Part shown: positions 29,318 to 38,171 of the stretch, piece by piece
Layout of the letters: every line of letters begins with the position of its first letter
Position numbering within the stretch: the stretch's first letter is position 1
Origin: Arenibaculum sp.
GTDB taxonomy: Bacteria; Pseudomonadota; Alphaproteobacteria; Azospirillales; Azospirillaceae
Assembly: GCF_035998295.1 (NCBI RefSeq)
Contig: NZ_DASYHS010000024.1
Span: 2,742-66,741 of the forward strand
Length of the DNA stretch: 64,000 nt
Reading direction: 5' to 3'
Program-made: the position numbers and the translations under genes
Notes under the pieces: generated by a model
The model's input: the letters and a program-made list of their open reading frames with translations, nothing else
Database searches by the model: none
What the model was told of the DNA's origin: nothing

Positions 29318-29486
29318 ACCGGGCGGCGAGGCAGGGGTCGTCCGGATGTCCCCTGGCACGTCGCCGATTGCGACAATAGGGTGGGGATCGGATGCCGCGA
29401 CCGCAAGGGGCGAAAGCGGCATCCCTTCGACTTCCGGCCCGCGAACCGAAAGGAGACGTCGCCTGACCGCCCGCTTCATCCCCACC

Positions 29487-31298
29487 GTGGCAGCCCGAAT
29501 CGCCCTCGTCCTGCCGCTCCTGGGAACTCCGCTATCCCTGCCGGCCCCGGTCTTTGCGCAGGAGGCGGCCTACCGCGTGGATCTGACCGGGATCGACGAC
29601 TCGGAGCTGCGCGAGCTGATCGAGGAGGCCTCCTCCCTGTTCAGCCTCGCCGACGATCCGCCTCCCAGCCTCGTCGGGCTGCAGCGCCGGATCGAGGCCG
29701 ACCGCGGCCGCGTCGAGGCGGCGCTCCGCTCGGTCGGCTACTATGCCGGCACCGTCGACGTGGCGGTCGACTCGGCCGCCGATCCCATCGAGGTCCGAAT
29801 CGCCGTCGAGCCCGGCCCGCGCTACACCTTCGGCGAGGTCGCGGTCGTCGGGCCGGAAGGGCGGCCCCTGGAGGAGGTCACGGTCGAGCGCGACGCGCTC
29901 GCGCTGCCGCAGGGCGCGCCGGCGCTCGCGCGCGACGTGGTCGCGGCGCAGTCCCGCCTGGAGGAGCTGGTGGTCGCCCGGGGCTACGCCTTCGCCGAGG
30001 TCCCCGACCGCGAGATCGTGGTCGACCATTCGGATCGGACCATGGACGTGACCTTCGTCGTCGCCCCGGGCGACGCCGTCCTGCTCGGGCCCGTGACGAT
30101 CCGAGGGCTGGAGCGGGTCGACGAGGACCTGGTGCGCGGCCGCATCCCCTGGGATCCCGGCGCCCGCTTCCGCCCGGAGCTGCTGGCGCGAGCGCGCGAG
30201 CGCATTTCGGATCTCGGCCCCTTCGCGTCGGTCAGGGTGGACCTGGCCGAGGAGACCGGCGCCGACGGGCTGACGCCGGTCGTGGTGGAGGTCGTCGAGC
30301 GGCCGCGCAGGGTGATCGGCGCGGCGGTCGCCTTTTCGACGACGGAGGGGCTGGGCGTCGAGGCGTTCTGGGGCCATCGCAACCTGTTCGGCGGCGGCGA
30401 GCAGTTCGACATCTCGGGTTTCGCCAGCGGCATCGGCGTCGATTCCGTCAGCGCGGACGTCGTCGAGGAGACGGATTTCGGGATCGACGTCGAGTTCCGC
30501 AAACCCGACGTCTTCGCGGTCGACCAGACCCTGATCGCCAGCCTGGAACTGCTTACCGAGCGGCCGGAGGCCTATGACCGCGAGGCCGTGACCGCGTCCG
30601 TCCGGCTGTCGCGGGTGCTGTCCGGAGGGCTGACCGCAGGTTACGGCGTCACCGTCGAGCGGTCCCGCATCCAGGAGGCGGAGCGGTCCACCACGAGCAC
30701 CCTGTTCGGCGTGCCGCTGTCGGTCGCGTGGGACGTGACGGACGACCTCCTCGACCCGTCCGAAGGCGTGCGCACCGAGCTGCTGACGACCCCGTGGGTC
30801 CAGTCCGGCGCCGCCGACGCGCGGTTCCTCGCCAGCCGCTGGACCACGTCCGCCTACCAGAGCTTCCTGGAGGACGATTTGACCCTCGCCGGCCGGGTCT
30901 CCTTCGGCAGCATCGCCGGAGCCGAGGTCGAGGAGATCCCCGCCGACAAGCGCTTCTACGCCGGCGGCGGCGGTTCGATCCGGGGCTTCGGCTTCCAGAG
31001 GGTCGGGCCGGCCGACGCCTTCGGCGACCCGCGGGGCGGACGCTCGCTGTTCGAGATCGGCGCCGAACTGCGCTACCGCCTGACCGACACCATCGGGATC
31101 GTTCCGTTCGTGGACGGCGGCAACGTCTTCGACACGACGCTGCCCAGTTTCGACGAGGAGCTGAAATGGGGGGCCGGCCTGGGTCTGCGCTACTTCACGG
31201 GTTTCGGGCCGTTGCGCGCCGACGTCGCCGTTCCGCTCAACCCCGAACCCGGGGACGACCGGTGGGCGCTCTATCTCAGCATCGGGCAGGCGTTCTGA
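29487..31298 (+). CDS. tamA: autotransporter assembly / translocation-assembly module outer membrane protein TamA (Omp85 family)
   Basis: Signal peptide [28 protein letters not shown]-like repeats and an Omp85 barrel ([15 protein letters not shown] ... LYLSIGQAF). There is no ATG near the signal peptide. GTG 29487 is chosen; CTG about 29461 after AGGAGA is an alternative. Confidence 0.8.
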   Translation: MAARIALVLPLLGTPLSLPAPVFAQEAAYRVDLTGIDDSELRELIEEASSLFSLADDPPPSLVGLQRRIEADRGRVEAALRSVGYYAGTVDVAVDSAADPIEVRIAVEPGPRYTFGEVAVVGPEGRPLEEVTVERDALALPQGAPALARDVVAAQSRLEELVVARGYAFAEVPDREIVVDHSDRTMDVTFVVAPGDAVLLGPVTIRGLERVDEDLVRGRIPWDPGARFRPELLARARERISDLGPFASVRVDLAEETGADGLTPVVVEVVERPRRVIGAAVAFSTTEGLGVEAFWGHRNLFGGGEQFDISGFASGIGVDSVSADVVEETDFGIDVEFRKPDVFAVDQTLIASLELLTERPEAYDREAVTASVRLSRVLSGGLTAGYGVTVERSRIQEAERSTTSTLFGVPLSVAWDVTDDLLDPSEGVRTELLTTPWVQSGAADARFLASRWTTSAYQSFLEDDLTLAGRVSFGSIAGAEVEEIPADKRFYAGGGGSIRGFGFQRVGPADAFGDPRGGRSLFEIGAELRYRLTDTIGIVPFVDGGNVFDTTLPSFDEELKWGAGLGLRYFTGFGPLRADVAVPLNPEPGDDRWALYLSIGQAF

Positions 31299-31347
31299 GG
31301 GCCGACTCGGGCGATCGCCTCTGGCCTTTTGCACATTCGCGCACGAC

Positions 31348-34300
31348 ATGTGTCCCGTCCGCCACCGGCGGAACGGATCCCGGAAGGCGGTGTCGCGCGT
31401 AGTGAAGGTACTCAAGGTCATCGTATTCGCCCTGCTCGGGCTGGTGGCGCTGTTCGTCCTGGCCGGTGCGGCGGCGGTGTTCTGGCTCGGCACCGAACCG
31501 GGGCGGGGCTGGCTTGCCGCCACGATCGAGGAAGCGGCGAGCGGACCCGGCCAGCGGGTCGAGATCGGCTCGACGCAAGGCTCGCCGTTCGGGACGCTGG
31601 TCGTCCGCGACGTCGCGGTCGCGGACGACGAGGGCGTCTGGCTCGCCGTCGACGAAGCCCGGCTTGCCTGGGAGCCGCTGGCGCTGCTTCGCCGGCGCCT
31701 CCAGGTCGATGCGATCGAGGTCGGCAGCCTCGATCTGCGCCGCCTGCCGTCCGGACCGGAAGACGAGACCGAGGAGGGCGGGCCTCCCGGCCTGCCGGAC
31801 CTGCCGGTGACGGTGGCGCTCGACCGGCTCGCCGTCGAGCGCCTGCATCTCGGCAAGGCGGTGCTGGGGACCGAGGACGCGGCGGTCCAGGTCGCCGGGT
31901 CGGCGCTGCTCGGCGAGGCGGGGCGCAGCCTCTCGGTCAAGCTGGGGGTCGACCGGATCGACGGCCGCGCCGGGTCGGTGGCGCTCGACGTCCTGCTGGT
32001 GCCCGACGAGGATCGCCTCGACCTCGCGCTCTCGGTCGCCGAGCCCGAGGGCGGCATCATCGCGCGGCTGGCCGGACTCCCGGGCCAGCCGCCGGTGACG
32101 GCGAGCCTCGACGGCACCGGCACGCTCGCGGACTGGCAGGGCCGCCTGGAGGCGGCCGCCGGCCCCGGCCTCGCGCTCGCCGCCGACCTTTCCGTGGAGC
32201 GGGCCGGGGAGCTGGACGGGGAGCAGGGCGGTCACCGCGTCGCCGTTTCGGCGTCGGGCACCGTCGATGCGCTGCTGGCGTCGCTGCCGGACGACGTCCG
32301 CGCGGCGGTGGGAGACCGGCCCCGGCTGGACCTGCTCGTCGTGGTGCCCGGGTCGGGACCTCTCGGCATAGAGCGGGCCGAGGTCGAGCTTGCCGCCCTC
32401 ACGGCTTCCGCCAGCGGTTCCTATGCGGCCGGGAACGCCGCCCTGGACCTGGCCTATGCCGTCGACGTCCGGCCGGAGCCGGCGCTCCAGCGTCTGGCGG
32501 GCGACGCTTCCTGGCGGTCGCTCTCGCTCGAAGGCACGCTGACGGGGCCGGTAGACGCGCCGCAGGTGACGGCGACCTTGCGGGCGGAGCAGCCAGCGGT
32601 CGCCGGGTTCGCCGCGCGGGAGGCCGTCGCGACGGTACGGGCGGACCCTGTGGATGAGCCCGCGGGATCGGCGGCCTTCGCCGTCCGGACCGACGGCGAG
32701 GTGGCCGGGCTCGCCCTTCCCGACCCGGCCCTGGCGCAGGCCTTGGGCGAGACGCTGACCTGGGAGGGATCGGCCGTCGTCGCCCCCGAGGCCGGCACGC
32801 TGCGCCTCGAACGCCTGATCGCCGGCACGGCGTCCGGCGATCTCTCGGTGTCGGGCACCGCCGCGCTTTCCGGCGAGAGCGCGGATCTGCGCGTCGTGCT
32901 GGATGTGCCGGCGCTCGCCGCGTTCGCACCGCTCCTCGGCGTTCCCCTGGAGGGCGGGGCCGGCCTGACGGCCGAGGTGGCGCTGGCCGGCGGGGCGGTG
33001 GAAGCGACGCTCGCGGGTGCTGCGCGCGATCTCGTGACCGGGATACCCCCGGCGGACGCGCTGCTCGGCGGCGCGGTCGATCTCGCGGCCACCGTGGGCG
33101 TTTCGCCCGGCGGGGACGTCGCGGTCGAGGGGCTGCGCCTCTCCGCGGACCGCCTGGGCGTGACGGGGCAGGCGACGCTGGCCGGAGGGGATCTGGCGGC
33201 GTCCTGGCGGGCCGAGGCCGGCGACCTCGCGGCGCTGGGAGACGCGGTCGGCCAGCCGCTCTCGGGCGGGCTGGTCGTCGAAGGCAGCGCCACCGGCAGC
33301 CCCGAGGCGCCGGTCGTGAGCGTGCGGGCGGCGGGCCGCGACCTCGTCGTCGCGGGCACGGCGCTCGGCGCCCCGGTCCTCGACCTGGACGTCCGGGACC
33401 TGGCCGCCGGGCCGCGCGGGCGCGCGGAACTGACCGCGGTGGTCGAGGGGCTGCCCCTCCAACTGGCAACCACCTATGCGCTGCGTGACGGCACGCTGGC
33501 GCTCGACGGGCTCGAACTGGCGGCCGGGTCGGCCCGGGCGGCCGGCGATCTTGCCGTGGACCTCGCCACCGCGACCGTCGCCGGCCGGCTGGACGGGCAG
33601 GTGCCCGATCTCGCGCCGTTCGCGGCGCTGGCGGGGACGGACCTGCGCGGCAGCACCGGGTTCGAGGTCCGGCTCACGGCCCCGCAGGGGCGCCAGTCCG
33701 TCGGGATCGTCGCCGGCGTGGACGGGCTGCGGGTGCTCGACGGCGGCGAGCCCAGCTTCCTGGCCGGGCGCCTCGACCTGCGCGCCGAGGTCGCGGACCT
33801 GCTCGGCACGCCGGCCGGCAGCGTCGAGGTGGAGGGGACCGATGCGCTCGCCGGAGGGGCCAGCCTCGCGGTCTTCGGCGCCGAGGCCGAGGGCAGCCTG
33901 GAGCGTGCGGATTTCCGCGCCTCGGCCGAAGGCGGGGCCGGACAGCCTTTCCAGATCGAGACGGCCGGGACCTTCGCCGCCGGCGGGGAGGCCAGCCGCG
34001 TGGCACTCGACCGTTTCCGGGGCATCTACGGCGACGAGCCCTTCGAGCTCGCGCAGCCGGCCGCCCTGGTCTTCGGCGACGGCATCGCGGTGGAGGACCT
34101 GCGTCTGCGCAGCGGCGCCGCCGCCCTCGCGGCGGATGCCCGCATCGGTGCCGACGCGCTGGAGGGGCAGATCCGCCTCGACCGGATACCGCTGGATCTC
34201 GCGAGGCTCTTCGACCCGACGCTCGGGTTGGACGGGACGCTGGACGGCACGGCGGTCCTCTCCGGCTCTCCGGCCGATCCCAGGGCCGAGGTGGAGGTGC

Positions 34301-35877
34301 GCCTGTCCGGCGCCGGGGCTGCGGCCGTGCGCGACGCGGGGGTCGAAGGGGTCGACGCCAGGGCGACGGCCCTCTGGCGCGGCGGGGAACTGGCGGTCGA
34401 GGGCACGGCGACCACCGAGCGCGAGGGGGTCGACCTGAGTTTCTCGGCGACGGTGCCGCTGGTGATGGACCCGGTGACGCTGGTGCCGGCGGTACCCGAC
34501 CCGGCGCCGCTGCGCGCCGGGGTCCAGGGACGGGTCGATCTCGCGCGGTTCGACGACCTGCTCGCGGCCACCGGCGACCGCGTCGAGGGGACCCTCGACG
34601 TCGACCTGAGCGTGACCGGCACGCTCGGCGAGCCGCAGGTCGGCGGCACCGCTGTCCTCGCCGGCGGCCGTTACGAGAACCAGGCCACCGGGGCGGTCGT
34701 CACCGACCTGACGGCGCGTCTGGTCGGCGAGGGCACCCGCCTCGTCCTGTCGGAGTTCTCGGGCCGGACGCCGGGAGGCGGCAACCTGCGCGCCAAGGGC
34801 ACGATCGACCTCGACCCGGCGGCGGCGCGCCAGATCTCGGTGGAGGTCGTGGCCAATGACGCCCGGCTGTTGCGCACCGACCTCGCGACCGCGTCGGTCA
34901 GCGCCGACCTGCTGCTTTCCGGCACCTTCGAGCGCTCGGACCTCGCCGGGAAGATCCGCATCCGGCGCGCGGAGATCCGGGTGCCCGACCGCCTGCCGCC
35001 GGGAATCGTCGAGCTGGACGTGGTCGAGGTGAACGGCGAGCGGCCCACGGTGCGGGTGGACGGCCGGCCCCCGATTCCCCGCCGCAAGCCGGGCGGGCCC
35101 AACGCCGCCGTCGCCGGCACCGGGGGCGTCGCGCCCGCGCCCGCGGCGGCCGAACCGGGCATGGTGGTCGGCCTGGACGTCGTCGTGTCGGCCGAGAACC
35201 AGGTCTTCGTGCGCGGCCGCGGGCTCGACGCCGAACTCGGGGGAGAGCTCCTGCTCGACGGGACGGTCTCCAACCCGAGGATCACCGGCGATCTGGAGAT
35301 GATCCAGGGCGAGCTCGACCTCCTGGCGCAACGGTTCGAGTTCACCCGCGGCAACATTTCCTTCGTCGGCGACGGCCAGCTGATCCCCCGCCTCGACCTC
35401 GCGGCCGAGACGTCGGCGGGCGACGTCAAGGCGATCGTCGCCGTCACGGGGCCGGTGACGGAACCCAACATCGAGCTGTCCTCGCAACCCGCCCTGCCGC
35501 AGGACGAGGTCCTGTCGCGCATCCTGTTCGGCAGGGCGACCGGCCAGCTCACGGCCTTCCAGGCGGTCCAGCTCGCCCAGAGCGCGGCGCAGCTCGCCGG
35601 GTACGGCGGCGGCCCCGGCATCCTCGACCGGGTCCGCCGTTCGATCGGGGTCGATCGCCTGGAGATCACCAGCGGCGAGGAGGGGGGCGGGCCGACCGGC
35701 TTCGGGGCGGGACGCTACCTGTCGGAGGACGTCTATGTCGGCGTCGAGCAGGACGTCCGCGAGGGCGGCACGCGGGCCAAGGTCGAACTGGACGTCACCG
35801 ACAACGTCCAGGTGGAGGCCGACGTCGGCGGGCGCAAAGGCGGCCGCGTCGGCCTGCGGTTCGAGTGGGAGTACTGA
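31348..35877 (+). CDS. tamB: translocation and assembly module protein TamB (DUF490)
   Basis: About 1500 aa with an N-terminal TM anchor (VIVFALLGLVALFVLAGAAAVFWL). The body is long, beta-rich and Gly/Ala/Leu/Asp-rich. The C-terminus is DUF490-type (GRYLSEDVYVGVEQDV...GLRFEWEY). It lies immediately after tamA. The start could be the GTG near 31402. Confidence 0.85.
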   Translation: MCPVRHRRNGSRKAVSRVVKVLKVIVFALLGLVALFVLAGAAAVFWLGTEPGRGWLAATIEEAASGPGQRVEIGSTQGSPFGTLVVRDVAVADDEGVWLAVDEARLAWEPLALLRRRLQVDAIEVGSLDLRRLPSGPEDETEEGGPPGLPDLPVTVALDRLAVERLHLGKAVLGTEDAAVQVAGSALLGEAGRSLSVKLGVDRIDGRAGSVALDVLLVPDEDRLDLALSVAEPEGGIIARLAGLPGQPPVTASLDGTGTLADWQGRLEAAAGPGLALAADLSVERAGELDGEQGGHRVAVSASGTVDALLASLPDDVRAAVGDRPRLDLLVVVPGSGPLGIERAEVELAALTASASGSYAAGNAALDLAYAVDVRPEPALQRLAGDASWRSLSLEGTLTGPVDAPQVTATLRAEQPAVAGFAAREAVATVRADPVDEPAGSAAFAVRTDGEVAGLALPDPALAQALGETLTWEGSAVVAPEAGTLRLERLIAGTASGDLSVSGTAALSGESADLRVVLDVPALAAFAPLLGVPLEGGAGLTAEVALAGGAVEATLAGAARDLVTGIPPADALLGGAVDLAATVGVSPGGDVAVEGLRLSADRLGVTGQATLAGGDLAASWRAEAGDLAALGDAVGQPLSGGLVVEGSATGSPEAPVVSVRAAGRDLVVAGTALGAPVLDLDVRDLAAGPRGRAELTAVVEGLPLQLATTYALRDGTLALDGLELAAGSARAAGDLAVDLATATVAGRLDGQVPDLAPFAALAGTDLRGSTGFEVRLTAPQGRQSVGIVAGVDGLRVLDGGEPSFLAGRLDLRAEVADLLGTPAGSVEVEGTDALAGGASLAVFGAEAEGSLERADFRASAEGGAGQPFQIETAGTFAAGGEASRVALDRFRGIYGDEPFELAQPAALVFGDGIAVEDLRLRSGAAALAADARIGADALEGQIRLDRIPLDLARLFDPTLGLDGTLDGTAVLSGSPADPRAEVEVRLSGAGAAAVRDAGVEGVDARATALWRGGELAVEGTATTEREGVDLSFSATVPLVMDPVTLVPAVPDPAPLRAGVQGRVDLARFDDLLAATGDRVEGTLDVDLSVTGTLGEPQVGGTAVLAGGRYENQATGAVVTDLTARLVGEGTRLVLSEFSGRTPGGGNLRAKGTIDLDPAAARQISVEVVANDARLLRTDLATASVSADLLLSGTFERSDLAGKIRIRRAEIRVPDRLPPGIVELDVVEVNGERPTVRVDGRPPIPRRKPGGPNAAVAGTGGVAPAPAAAEPGMVVGLDVVVSAENQVFVRGRGLDAELGGELLLDGTVSNPRITGDLEMIQGELDLLAQRFEFTRGNISFVGDGQLIPRLDLAAETSAGDVKAIVAVTGPVTEPNIELSSQPALPQDEVLSRILFGRATGQLTAFQAVQLAQSAAQLAGYGGGPGILDRVRRSIGVDRLEITSGEEGGGPTGFGAGRYLSEDVYVGVEQDVREGGTRAKVELDVTDNVQVEADVGGRKGGRVGLRFEWEY

Positions 35878-35889
35878 CCGCGCGGCGGG

Positions 35890-36945
35890 TCAGCCGGGTC
35901 CCTGCTGACCGGTCGCCTCCCGCTCCGCCAGTTCCCGGATCGCCCTCGCGAGGCCGTCGCGCGCCTCGACCGCCCGCTGGCGGGCGCTGTCGTCGGCCTC
36001 GTTGAAGAACACCGTGAAGATGCCGTTGCCGGTCAGGTAGAGCAGCATGGAGACGTTGATCTTGCGGTCGGTGGCCGTGCACGTCGCCTCCGCGGTGCGG
36101 ATGCCGACCTGCCCGACCTGCGTCGGCTCGGCGGGGACCGCCTCGAACGTCCCCGGGCAGGCCTGCTTCATGGAAGCGAGATACTGCTCCGACAGTTCCG
36201 CGATGGTGGCGCCCGGTTCCGTGTCGAACTCGCGCACGCCGCCGAAGACGCCGTCGAACCGCCAGGCATAGTCCGCCGGCCGCTTGTCCTGCGGCATCGC
36301 GTCCAGGTTCAGTACCTGCACCTCCGTGAGGCCCGAGCGGGCGAGCACGGCGGCAAGCGACGGAGGCAGCGGCGGGCGGGCCTGTCCTTGTCCAGGTCCC
36401 TGTGCCTGCCCCTGTGCCTGCCCGGGCCCCTGTGCGGGGGCGCCGGAGGCGATCCGCTCGGCGCAGGTCTGCAGGTCGGCGAGCGCCTGCGAGGTTCCCT
36501 TCAGCGCGAAGATGGCGTCGTCATCGGGGCCGCGCACCGTAAGCCGGCTGCCTCGGCGGAGCTGTTCGTACAGCTCGCCGTCGCGGCCGGTCTGGATCAG
36601 GATCATCGACCCGTCGGCGGCGACCGCGTCGAACTGGCGCTCGGTCCCGCCGTCGACCGAGACCTGAACCGGGAACCGGGTGCCCTGGGCGAATTCGGCT
36701 CCCGGGACCGAGATGCCGATGTTGGTCTCGCCCTGCGGGTTGCGCGCGAGCACCAGCGCCAGGCCGCTGTCGTACTGGTTCTGGGTCGCGCAATAGGCCG
36801 GGCCGCCCGCACCCGGAGGCGTCACCGGCCCGCCGGCCCATTGTCCGACCGGGGCCGGGGGAGCCGAAGTCTGGGCGGCGGCGGCGCCGGCGGCGAGGAG
36901 GGCCGTGGTGGCGAGCGCCAGGGCGCGAAGGGAGGTATGGGGCAC
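35890..36945 (-). CDS. hypothetical secreted two-domain protein with Gly/Gln/Ala/Pro linker
   Basis: GTG start gives the signal peptide VPHTSLRALALATTALLAAGAAAAQ. The N-domain has two Cys (AYCATQ...DLQTCAE) and the linker is GAPAQGPGQAQGQAQGPGQGQARPP. The C-domain also has Cys (KQACPG...EATCTA). The start is uncertain, and the track ORF extends into the repeat region. Confidence 0.55.
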   Translation of the reverse strand: MPHTSLRALALATTALLAAGAAAAQTSAPPAPVGQWAGGPVTPPGAGGPAYCATQNQYDSGLALVLARNPQGETNIGISVPGAEFAQGTRFPVQVSVDGGTERQFDAVAADGSMILIQTGRDGELYEQLRRGSRLTVRGPDDDAIFALKGTSQALADLQTCAERIASGAPAQGPGQAQGQAQGPGQGQARPPLPPSLAAVLARSGLTEVQVLNLDAMPQDKRPADYAWRFDGVFGGVREFDTEPGATIAELSEQYLASMKQACPGTFEAVPAEPTQVGQVGIRTAEATCTATDRKINVSMLLYLTGNGIFTVFFNEADDSARQRAVEARDGLARAIRELAEREATGQQGPG

Positions 36946-37077
36946 GGCTCGGGATCCGGCAGAGGTGTCGGGGATGGAGAGTTGGGCGCAGGCTATCGAT
37001 CGGCCCGCCCCGAGGCAAGGGTTCGAACGAGGCGCCAGGGCTCCGAACGCGGGTCGACGAGAGGGGATATTCGCGGT

Positions 37078-37255
37078 CAGGCGGGCCTTCAGGCTGCCGG
37101 CGCCTTGCGGAGCGGCGGTCGGCCAGCGGGTCGGCCAGCGGGTCGGCCAGCGGACCGGAGGGCAGCGGGGCGCCGAAACGTGCGGGAACGTCATGTTTCG
37201 TCACGGTCCCGGCGCGCATCTCCTCCACCGGTTCCGCCCGGACCTCGCCGCGCAT
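37078..37255 (-). pseudogene. frameshifted duplicate of the 3' end of the upstream gene 37358..38038
   Basis: 37078-37222 aligns with 37409-37552 at high identity with a 1-nt indel. It encodes EEMRAGTVTKHDVPARFGAPLPSGPLADPLADPLAD, against EMRAGTVTKHDIPARLDAPAPSGPLAGPLAGPLAA in the intact gene. It then goes out of frame, and it has no plausible start or RBS. Confidence 0.5.
37119..37154. repeat. 12-bp tandem repeat x3 (TCGGCCAGCGGG)
   Basis: Units at 37119-37130, 37131-37142 and 37143-37154 (last unit ends GGA). Confidence 0.9.
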
Positions 37256-37320
37256 TCTTCTGCCGCACCGACCACGGCCGTCCCATCCGACGGACGCGGA
37301 CGGTATCCGGTTGAGTATTT

Positions 37321-37343
37321 CCTCTCCCGTTGCACGGGAGAGG
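37321..37343 (-). terminator. hairpin just downstream of gene 37358..38038
   Basis: CCTCTCCCG TTGCA CGGGAGAGG, a perfect 9-bp stem, 15 nt after the TAA stop. There is no clear U-tract. Confidence 0.35.
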
Positions 37344-37357
37344 GGAATTTCGCGCGA

Positions 37358-38038
37358 TTAGGCGGTCCGGGCGAACTTGCCGGTGGGGACCGGCAGGGGC
37401 TGGTCGCGCAGGCGGGTCTTCAGGCTGCCGGAGCCCTGCGGAGCGACGGCGGCCAGCGGGCCGGCCAGCGGGCCGGCCAGCGGACCAGACGGCGCCGGGG
37501 CGTCGAGACGTGCGGGAATGTCATGTTTCGTCACGGTCCCGGCGCGCATCTCGCGGCGCAGCTCGTCGCGCATCTCCTCGTGCAGTCCCGCCAGCTCCTT
37601 GCGCAGCTCCTTCAACAGTTCCGCCTGGACCTTGCCGCGCAGTTCCTCGCGCAGCTCGTCCCGGACGTCCTCGCGCAGGTCCTCGCGCAGGCGCTCGCGC
37701 TCGGCCCGGGTCACGGCGCGGACGGCGCCGACGTCCTTCTCGAAGCGCCACCGGTGGGCCAGCAGGCGGGCGGCGGCGGGGAACCGCCCCTGCTCGACCA
37801 GCTTGCCGTACAGCTCGTCGTGCTGCCGGCGCATCTGCTCGACGAGGGCCTCGTGCCGGTTCTCCTCCTCGGCGGACAGCTCGACGAGGCGGGCCCGGAC
37901 GTCCGCGCGCGCCCACGGCGCCGAACCGGGCGCGCAGCCGGCGCGGCGCGCGGCCTCGGCCAGGGGCGCGCCGCGCGCGGCGATGCGGCAGAACAGTTCG
38001 ATGCTCGATGCCAGCGGCTGGGCGGCGGTAGCGGCCAT
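37358..38038 (-). CDS. hypothetical repeat-rich protein (HTH-like N-terminus, charged 4-residue-periodic helix, PLAG repeats)
   Basis: RBS GAGGAGGA before ATG 38038. The N-terminus SSIELFCRIAARGAPLAEAARRAGC looks HTH-like. The central run is RERLREDLREDVRDELREELRGKVQAELLKELRKELAGLHEEMRDELRREMR. The C-terminus carries GPLAGPLAGPLAA. Confidence 0.6.
   Translation of the reverse strand: MAATAAQPLASSIELFCRIAARGAPLAEAARRAGCAPGSAPWARADVRARLVELSAEEENRHEALVEQMRRQHDELYGKLVEQGRFPAAARLLAHRWRFEKDVGAVRAVTRAERERLREDLREDVRDELREELRGKVQAELLKELRKELAGLHEEMRDELRREMRAGTVTKHDIPARLDAPAPSGPLAGPLAGPLAAVAPQGSGSLKTRLRDQPLPVPTGKFARTA
37449..37484. repeat. 12-bp tandem repeat x3 (CCGGCCAGCGGG) inside the CDS
   Basis: Units at 37449-37460, 37461-37472 and 37473-37484. 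They encode PLAG-PLAG-PLAA on the minus strand. Confidence 0.9.
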
Positions 38039-38171
38039 GGGGCGTCCTCCTCGTTCCGGTAGAAAGAACAATATGAGAACATATGCCGGCGACAGTCAAG
38101 AGGCCGGCATCGGCGATTGCCTGGCGGCGTGCCCCGGCGTATGCAGGGCCGAACGGGCAGGGGAGGGGGAA

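Noticed and set aside
31276-35487. 1403-aa minus-strand ORF (also 31329..32657 and other nested ORFs)
   Set aside because: It is antisense or out of frame relative to tamB. tamB has the expected TM anchor, size, DUF490 C-terminus and position after tamA.
36521-37255. 244-aa minus-strand ORF starting in the duplicated segment
   Set aside because: Only its first roughly 45 codons resemble the tail of gene 37358..38038. The rest is out of frame over the secreted-protein gene and is Arg/Pro-rich. I treat it as a pseudogene remnant, not a gene.
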